DNA of 64,000 nt. Source: Mantamonas sphyraenae STR306. Taxonomy: Eukaryota > Protista > CRuMs. Shown here piece by piece: positions 56,860 to 64,000 of this stretch (within the stretch, counting starts at the first letter, position 1; the number at the start of each line of letters is the position of its first letter). Made by a program: the position numbers and the translations under genes. The stretch spans positions 236,754 to 300,753 of the forward strand of contig JAPMXV010000036.1 of NCBI GenBank assembly GCA_026936335.1, given 5' to 3'. A model generated the notes under the pieces. That model was not told the DNA's origin and searched no databases. It saw only the letters and a program-made list of their open reading frames with translations.

Positions 56860-58269
56860 ATGCCGTATGCTAGTCCGTGTCACCAGATGGTGTTGACGAC
56901 GTGGGAAATACTGCTGCGAAGCGACGCGAGCGCCGATATGGTGGCAAAGGAGCTGGCAAAGCAAGAGAACTGCACGTTGAAGCTGTCTAGTAGGCAGCTG
57001 CCGTGCAAGTGCGCGGTTTTGCTGGCCCAGGGTCTGGAATTGGATGGCCATTTGCGCATTCTCAGCCTCGAGTCGATCAGACTCACCGGGGCAGCAGTGG
57101 AGGCACTTGGTCGAGCTCTACAGGTCAACCGGACACTAGTGGAACTGAACGTAGGCAACAACAAGTTTGGATGTCGAGGGGCCGTGGCATTGGGCGCTGC
57201 TTTGGAAGTGAACCGCACGCTGCGCGTCCTGAACGCGCACCACAACCAAATTGGAGAAAACGGTGGCGTGGCATTGGGTCAAGGACTTGCGTTGAACGAC
57301 ACTCTGGAAAGGCTGTACCTTTTTACGAACCAGATAGGTGACAACGGGGCAGCGAGTTTGGCTCGGAACGCATCACTGAAGGAGATTTGGCTGAGAGACA
57401 ACAGCATCGGGTGCAGAGGTGCCGAAGCGCTTGCAGAGAACACGACTGTGGAAGTGTTGTTCCTTTCCAGAAACGAGGTAGGCGTGCAAGGTGCGGTGGC
57501 GCTTGGAAAGGCTCTGAGGAGGCGCGGGTCGCGTCTGCGCGTTCTCGCTCTGGATTCCAACCGCATCGGTGGCGAAGGAGCGGTCGCACTGGGAGATGCG
57601 ATCAAAGGGAACACATCATTGCAGGATTTGTATTTGGGCGACAACGGCATCGACGGCGAGGGTGGGCTGGCGATCTGCGCGGGATTGGGGGCAAACTCAG
57701 GCCTGCAAAAGCTGTATCTGGGACATTGCGACATCAGTGACATCGACAAATCGGCGCTATTGGAGGCGCTCGTCAGCAATCGGAGTTGCATCTCTCTGCA
57801 CGGCACGGGCCTCACTGCGTCACCGACGATCGCTGAAAACTGGGACAAGGCCAAGGAGTTTGTGGAAGCTTGCCGAGCAGGAGACTTGGAGAAAATGGAG
57901 GCTTTGAAAGCATGGGGTGTGTCTGTGAATGCGCATGTGGGCAAGGAGAAAGCGCTGGAGGCTGCGCTGGGAGGGTTGCAAGACGGGGCAGTGGAATTAT
58001 TGAGGGCCTGGGGGACCTGGGTGCACTGGTCAACGATGGAGGTGGTGAGGAAGGAAGGGTGGAGGAAGGCGTGGCATTGGATAGGGTGGGGTGTGGAGGT
58101 GGATGAGGCGATGGAGGTGGCGTTGGTGATGAATGAGGAGGAGAGGGAGGCGATGTTTGAGTGTGGAGGGATGGAGGCGTATGTGGAGGAGGGAGGGTGG
58201 GGAGGGTGGGTGACACTGCCGGATGAGGTGATGGAGAGGGTGATTGGGTGGTTGGGGAGGGGAGGGTGA
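56860..58269 (+). CDS. RI/NLRC3-type LRR + ankyrin protein with C-terminal F-box/PRANC-like module
   Basis: About nine LRRs (TLVELNVGNNKFGCRGAVALGAALEVNR etc.), ACRAGDLEKMEALKAWGVSVN ankyrin, GWVTLPDEVMERVIGWL; true start may be 56887 after a ctgac...cag acceptor. Confidence 0.88.
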   Translation: MPYASPCHQMVLTTWEILLRSDASADMVAKELAKQENCTLKLSSRQLPCKCAVLLAQGLELDGHLRILSLESIRLTGAAVEALGRALQVNRTLVELNVGNNKFGCRGAVALGAALEVNRTLRVLNAHHNQIGENGGVALGQGLALNDTLERLYLFTNQIGDNGAASLARNASLKEIWLRDNSIGCRGAEALAENTTVEVLFLSRNEVGVQGAVALGKALRRRGSRLRVLALDSNRIGGEGAVALGDAIKGNTSLQDLYLGDNGIDGEGGLAICAGLGANSGLQKLYLGHCDISDIDKSALLEALVSNRSCISLHGTGLTASPTIAENWDKAKEFVEACRAGDLEKMEALKAWGVSVNAHVGKEKALEAALGGLQDGAVELLRAWGTWVHWSTMEVVRKEGWRKAWHWIGWGVEVDEAMEVALVMNEEEREAMFECGGMEAYVEEGGWGGWVTLPDEVMERVIGWLGRGG

Positions 58270-58313
58270 GGGGGGAGGGTGCATTCGACCCCCCAACAAA
58301 TCCATAGGTCTCG

Positions 58314-59920
58314 ATGAGCTCCCACAACACTCCCAGAGGACATATTCAAGATGTTACTGCCCTGTGCAAGATGTTCTGGGAGCACGGGCTCGTGATGGCC
58401 GCGTATGAGGCGAATGACTCTGGCGTCAAGATCACTTTTCTCCCCTCCCACAGCAAGCACGGCAAGCAGCAGCCGGCGGAGAGCCTGCTTCTGACCCAGA
58501 AGAGACCACAATGATCTTACAAAACGCCGGAATCAGCGACTACTCGTCCTCGTCCTCCAGCAGCAGCAGCAGCAGCCGCAGAAGAGGGGGTCCGTGTCCA
58601 CGCTGTGATGCGCAAGCCGTGTTTCAGCAAAGCCATGGTGAGACTGGTGATCTGAGAAAGGGTGAGTGGAAGCACTACTGCTCAACTGAGGTCATGGAAT
58701 TGCTCAATAAGCACAAAGCAGTACTCAAGCGAGTGTGGAAGGCGTTCATGGCCGGTGTCGGCAACACACACTGGTGCAAGGAGGAAGACGCAGCATGTTC
58801 AGAGTTCCTGGACGCAATGGCGGCTAAATGGCACCGGACGGTTGGTCGTTGCAAGGAGAAACTCGAAGGAGGCTCGGCTCTGTGCAAGCTGGCGTCGGGA
58901 TTTGGCGGCGTCGTTGGGGATCTGAACAGGGAGGGCATGGACGATGTGCTGAAGGCACAGTTTGACAGGTTCAAACAGTGGTGTGACGGAAATGCTACGA
59001 CTGCACGAATGATTGCTGAATTGCATGCAACAAGGAACCGCATCAATCAGGGATACGTGCTTGAGCGCCTTCAATTGGTTGCCCAGAAGGCATCCAGCAC
59101 AGAGTACAAGGTCTTTCAGCGGTGGCTCATGTGTAAGATTGCATGTAAGAATGTTGGGCCTGGTAGCGCAATCTCGTGGGCCAGTGCCTTGTACTTCGAA
59201 GAGCAGGGGTTGTGGGATGAGGCGACATGGACGCTTGGGACGCCTTCCAACGAGGCAGGGGACGCGTCTGCCGTGGTGTGGAACGACACTATAGGGGGCG
59301 AGGTGCATGTCGCATGGAAGGAAGTGAATGGCCAGGTGAAGGAGGCCATGGTGCTGGATGACCACTTCTACTCGTCGAAGATCAGAAAGACGGGTGAACT
59401 ACACAATGGGCGCTTCTTTTTCATCCAGGAGAATGCAGGACATAGCCGGAGACGGAGGGACGAAATCATCTCACGTGCAGCCTGGTTGAATGACATCCTG
59501 AAGGAAGAGCTTGCTGACGACGGCGTCAACTGGCGCCTGCTGCGGCACATTTGCGAGGACCCAGGGCATGACACAAGGATTTCAGGGCCATCGGATGAGG
59601 AGAAAGAACTGTTTGATGAGCTTATGGGGAATGTGTGGGAGGGAGAGGCGTCTCGGACAAGGTCGGGAGGTGATGTTGGGGCAGCAACGACGACATTGGC
59701 GGTATCGAGCACGAGCACGAGCACGAGCACTGCAAGATCCTCGTCCGGATATGACACAAGATCGGATGATGGATTGAGTGAGGAAGACGAGTGGGAGGAA
59801 GGATGGAGTGACAAGGAGGACGAGTACGGCAGTGACGCATCCAAGGCATCAGGCAAGCGGACAGCGCGGAGGACATCAACGAGGAGTACACGTCGCAGGA
59901 TTGATAGTCCCGGTGCTTAG
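58314..59920 (+). CDS. Hypothetical protein (~535 aa) with CPRC...HYC and an acidic/basic low-complexity tail; 1-nt frameshift at ~58496 joins ORFs 58314-58514 and 58511-59920
   Basis: One extra C in acccag gives the continuous reading LLLTPEETTMILQN; long ORF with globular-like composition; no recognised family. Confidence 0.65.
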
Positions 59921-59949
59921 AAAAATGTTCAAAGTGGAATGAAGGGGGT

Positions 59950-62900
59950 TCATTCGAGGCGTTGGCGTTTGGAGGAGGAGGAGGAGGAGGAGGAGGAGGA
60001 AGGGTCTTTGCGCTTGGGCAGGGTGAAGGAGGGGATGGGGTAGGCGTGGACGAGTGCGGATGTGGTGGGACGGGTGGTGATGTGAGGTGTGATGCGGTCG
60101 ATGAGGATGTGGAGGAGGGTGTGCAGTGTGGCGTCGTTGGGTTGGGGGTTGTCGAGCCAGGCGATCTTGAGGGAAAGGGAGGTGACGCCGCGGGTTAGGG
60201 TGGCGCTGATGGCAGGTTGTACCTGCTGGTAGGTGAGCTGTGGCCTGAGGAGGCGGACAAAGAAGGCCAGGTCGATAGGCGGCACGCCAACGTTGCCCAG
60301 CGCCAGGATGATGTGTCGCAGCAGAGACTGCAGACTGCCGTTGTTTATCAGCTCACGCAGTGCAAGGTGCTCGTGTGCGTGCTGGTTTCGAGGGTGCTTG
60401 GCTGCGCGTGCTTTCATGTGTGCCAGCAGCGTCTGGAACTCCCGCGCCGTGCAGCTGCTACGCTCATCGCTGTTGGCTTTGCTCCAGCCACTGCGCACAG
60501 ACTCGGGATGCCACTTGTCCACCTTGGTGGTGGTGAGGTGGTGGTCGTAGTCGCATTGTGTCCAGTGTGGGTCGCTGTCGTTGTCGGCAGGGCGTCGTGC
60601 TTCCTGCAGCCGCAGCTGGGTCTGCTCGTGCTCCTTCCTGCTGGTGGGATGGGGACTGTTGTCGAGAGTGTCCATCTCTGTCATGAGCAGGTGGAGGAGG
60701 GCGTAGTTGGGGTCGCCGTGGTCGTGTGGCACCTCCAGCCAGCACACCTTCAACCCAGCCTTTGTGATACCCATGGCCAGACCAGCGTGGTGGATGGCAT
60801 TTCTGCACGCCTGTTGATCCATATCATGGCCGAGAAGGGTGAGGCAGAGGGCCATGTCGCCCTGGGAGAGGGGAATGTTGCCCAGAGCGAGCTGAATCTG
60901 TCGGATCAGCGTGGTCGTAGTGCCATGGCAGACCATAACACGCGCCTGCAGGGTCATGAGGTCAGGGATGTTGTCGATGGGATGCTCGTTGGCCAGGGTG
61001 TGCATGTGCTTCAGCAGTGCCGTGTGCTCCTTCATGTTGCTGTGGCTGCGCTCGTTCCTGCGCCAGGTTGTCCAGCCACTGCGCACAACGCCATCTGGCA
61101 GTCCATCCTCCACGACCATCATCTCCTCTTCCTCTGTGGGCTTGGGCAGAACAAGCTTATGCATCCGGAGGGCGTTTACGGCGTGTGTGGTGGTGGGACG
61201 GGTGGTGATGTGAGGTTTGATGCGGTCGATGAGGGTGTGGAGGAGGGTGTGCAGTGTGGCGTCGCTGGGTTGGGGGTTGTCGAGCCAGGCGATCTTGAGG
61301 GAGAGGGACGTGACGCCGCGGGTGAGAGTAACGCTGATGGCATTTTTCACCTGCTGGTAGGTGAGGCGTGGTCTGAGGAGGCGGACAAAGAAGGCCAGGT
61401 CGACAGGCGGCACGCCAACGTTGCCCAGCGCCAGGACGGTGTGTCGCACAAGGGACAGCTGGCTACCGGTGTTGATCAGCTCACGCAGTGCATGGTGCTC
61501 GTTTGTGTGCTGATGGCGTGGGTGATTGGCTGCGCGTGCCTTCATGTGTGCCAGCAGCGTCTGGAACTCTCGCGCCGTGCAGCTGCCACGCTCGTCTGCG
61601 GTGTTGCTCCAGCCACTGCGCACAGACTCGGGATGCCACTCTTCCACATTGGTGGTAGCGAGATGGTGGTCGTAGTCGCATTGTGTCCAGTGTGGGTCGC
61701 TGTCGTTGTTAGCCGGGCGTCGTGCTTCCTGCAGCCGCAGCTGGGTCTGCTTGTGCTCCTTCCAGGTGGTGGGTTGGGAGCTGTTGCCAAGTGTGTCCAT
61801 CTCTGTCATGAGCAGGTGGAGGAGGGCGTAGTTGGGGTCACCGTGGTCGTGTGGCTCCTCCAGCCAGCACACCTTCAACCCAGCCTTTGTCACACCCATC
61901 GCCAGACCAGCGTAGGGGATGGCATTGCTGCACGCGTATTGATCCATGTCACGGCCGAGAAGAGTGAGACAGAAGGCCATGTCGCCCTGGGAGAGTGGAA
62001 TGTTGCCCAGAGCGAGCTGAATCTGTCGGACCAGCGTGCGCAGGGTGCAATGACAGATCACAACACGCGCTTGCAGTTTCATGAGGTCGAGGATGTCGTC
62101 GATCGGATGCTCGTTGGCCATAGTGTGCATGTGGTTCAGCAGTGCCGTGTGCTCCTTCTTGTTGCTGTGGCTGCGCTCTTCACTGCGCCAGTTCATCGAC
62201 CACCCTTTGCGCACAACACCATCTGGCAACTTGGTGGTCTTGTTCACGCCTGCTTTCTTCCGTGCGCCATTGTCCCCGTTCTTGGCACTCCTTGCCTGTG
62301 TGCTCGACGTCCCTGTCTCTGTGCCACTGCCAGCCGTGACCCTGCGCCTGCGCTGTCCGCTGCCTTCCATCTTCTGTGGACCAGCACGACGGTTGATATG
62401 GCCTCTGCGACGCCGCGTGAGGCCTCTACTTGTGCGTCTCGGCTGCCATTCGTGCGTGTCCTCCTGCTCTATGTCGTCTGCGTCGTCTTCGCTGTCGTAT
62501 TGCGGCATGTGCTCCTCATCCATGGCATCACCAGTCTCTGCAATGAAGAGTGGGCCCAGAGTTTCCAACTCGTCGTCCACGTGCTGCTGTGTTGTGTCGT
62601 TTGCCTCGCCGTCTTCTTCGTACGCCTCCATCCATGAGCTGGCCATCCACTCTGAGTTGCTGGACAATGACCGTGGTTCACGGTGGCCAAAGTTCAGGAA
62701 CATCAGGTCCTCCACGTCGCCGGTGTCATGTGTATGTGTGTCCTGGTCTGCATCGTCGCCGTCGCTGTCTCCAGTCTGCTGTGTGGCCTGGTGGGAGGAC
62801 GACGATGTGGTGGTGGATGTGGTCCGTGTGATGCCGACAAAGGCAGGGCTGATGCGTTTTGGGACACTGCTGTGGTTTGTGGTGGGTTGAGCAGGCGGAG

Positions 62901-63523
62901 GGTGCGACGGAGGCAGAGCGAAGTGCACCTGGGCGGTTTGTCGCGGCTGAGGAGGCGGCGGAGGAGGGTAGGCGTAGTATGGGTGGCCCTGATGAGCATA
63001 TGCGTGACGCTGATGGGGGTGGGTGTTGACAGAGACCCATATGATGGGTGGTTGTGGGTGCTGGTACGGGTTTTGTACGCCAGAGACGGGCAGCATGATC
63101 GGAAACGGCTGGGCAGCCATGGGAGGGACCATGTACTCGTAGCTGTGGGGAGACGCGGAGGGGCAGGGTGGGGTGGAAATGGTGAGCGGAAGGCGGAATG
63201 GACGCCGTCAGGGTAGAGGCGGGGGTGCAGGGAGGCTGGCGAGCAAAGAGGGGAAAACGAAGGAGATTGGCAGACCGGGAAACTGGCAACGGGGAGGGCA
63301 GTGACAGGGAAGAGGGGATCGGAGAAGAGCGGAGGAGGCAGCAGCGGTGGTGATGGGGAAGTGGAGATGCAGGGGAGGAGAACAGGGAAGCAACGGAGGC
63401 ATGCAGGAGGCAAGCAAGCGGGAGAAGCGGGCAGTCAGAAAACGGGGTGGAAGGCAGAACGCACGCTGGGCAGGTGTTGGGTGTGTGCTGTTGCTTCGGA
63501 GTGTTTGAGTAGTCTTTGTCCAT
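59950..63523 (-). CDS. Telomere-proximal protein (~1080 aa) with four related ~140-aa domains (ABAB), putative winged-helix; exons 63465-63523, 59950-63142
   Basis: GT-AG intron 63143-63464 joins MDKDYSNT...TCPA-YEYMVPP in frame; repeats share VRxGW...L(V/I/L)R...LALGN...D(M/L)A...LL...NAI...G(V/I)T...LK(V/I)xWL; C-terminal KRQRLE. Confidence 0.8.
60064..62228. repeat. Intragenic tandem duplication, period 1128 bp (60064-61100 and 61192-62228)
   Basis: ggtgggacgggtggtgatgtgagg at ~60064 and ~61192; gcgcacaac(g/a)ccatctggca at 61081 and 62209. Confidence 0.9.
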
Positions 63524-63795
63524 GGTGGTGGTGGTGGAACTTGAGTGTATGTGGATTGTGTTGGACTGGTGGAGGGTGTTGTGGGTGTTGGTGATACTTT
63601 CGTTGAAGGCGGATGGGCAGTGCTGACTGCGCGGCGTTGCAGGCCTACGGCCACTCACCAGCAACATTTCCACTCCCACCCAACGCCCACTGCCCCATGT
63701 CACCACCCAACCCAGCAACACCGCCAGCAGACACAAGCACAACTCACATAACCTAGACCGGACATACCACAGTACTAGATATACTAATCATAGAC

Positions 63796-64000
63796 TTAGG
63801 GTTAGGGTTAGGATAGGGTTAGGGTTAGGGTTAGGGGTTAGGGTTAGGGTTAGGGTTAGGGTTAGGGTTAGGGTTAGGGTTAGGGTTAGGGTTAGGGTTA
63901 GGGTTAGGGTTAGGGTTAGGGTTAGGGTTAGGGTTAGGGTTAGGGTTAGGGTTAGGGTTAGGGTTAGGGTTAGGGTTAGGTTAGGGTTAGGGTTAGGGTT
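63796..64000 (+). repeat. Telomeric repeat (TTAGGG)n, chromosome end
   Basis: About 34 units running to the window end with the G-rich strand 5'->3' outward; a few variants (TTAGGA, TTAGGGG, TTAGG). Confidence 0.98.

Noticed and set aside
50961-58269. NLR immune receptors
   Set aside because: The LRRs are NLRC3/RI-like but no NACHT/NB-ARC P-loop is present in either gene
58511-58514. ATGA stop/start overlap suggesting bacterial-style translational coupling
   Set aside because: A single missing C in a C-run about 15 nt upstream merges the ORFs, and similar indels occur elsewhere in the window
58314-63523. Telomere-specific retrotransposon or subtelomeric helicase
   Set aside because: No reverse transcriptase, endonuclease or helicase motifs; the terminal gene has a spliceosomal intron

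Overview
Gene-dense, GC-rich, intron-containing nuclear chromosome end from a flagellated microbial eukaryote (GAS8/DRC4 and a CEP104-like gene are present; the taxon cannot be assigned from sequence alone). It ends in (TTAGGG)n at 63796-64000. Positions 1-40 kb are largely housekeeping: ACADSB, a Yrb30-like Ran-binding protein, a stand-alone myosin-I TH1 protein, a ~4500-aa MYCBP2-type RING-Cys-relay E3 with an unusual SPRY/CUB/DOC/CBM/UBA body, PSMA7, RPSA, THNSL1, a PX-BAR sorting nexin, Ub-RPS27A, a canonical HSF, CEP104-like, SFT2 and GAS8. The last ~23 kb is an accessory subtelomeric locus with four notable parts. (1) Two inverted, insertion-bearing HSF paralogues bracket a 2.6-kb inverted repeat, each arm carrying a highly degenerate HSF-like gene. 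(2) The arms enclose a 7.5-kb, apparently flipped cassette holding an ankyrin gene, a Patched/NPC1-like SSD gene and an LRR gene. (3) Three different repeat proteins (ANK, LRR, LRR-ANK) end in the same ~62-aa module terminating in an F-box/PRANC-like W-x-T-L-P-D-E-V-M motif. (4) The last gene, with four copies of a putative winged-helix domain, starts ~270 bp from the telomere. Six single-base indels break otherwise convincing genes and are most likely assembly errors. All family assignments are by visual motif recognition; no database search was run.
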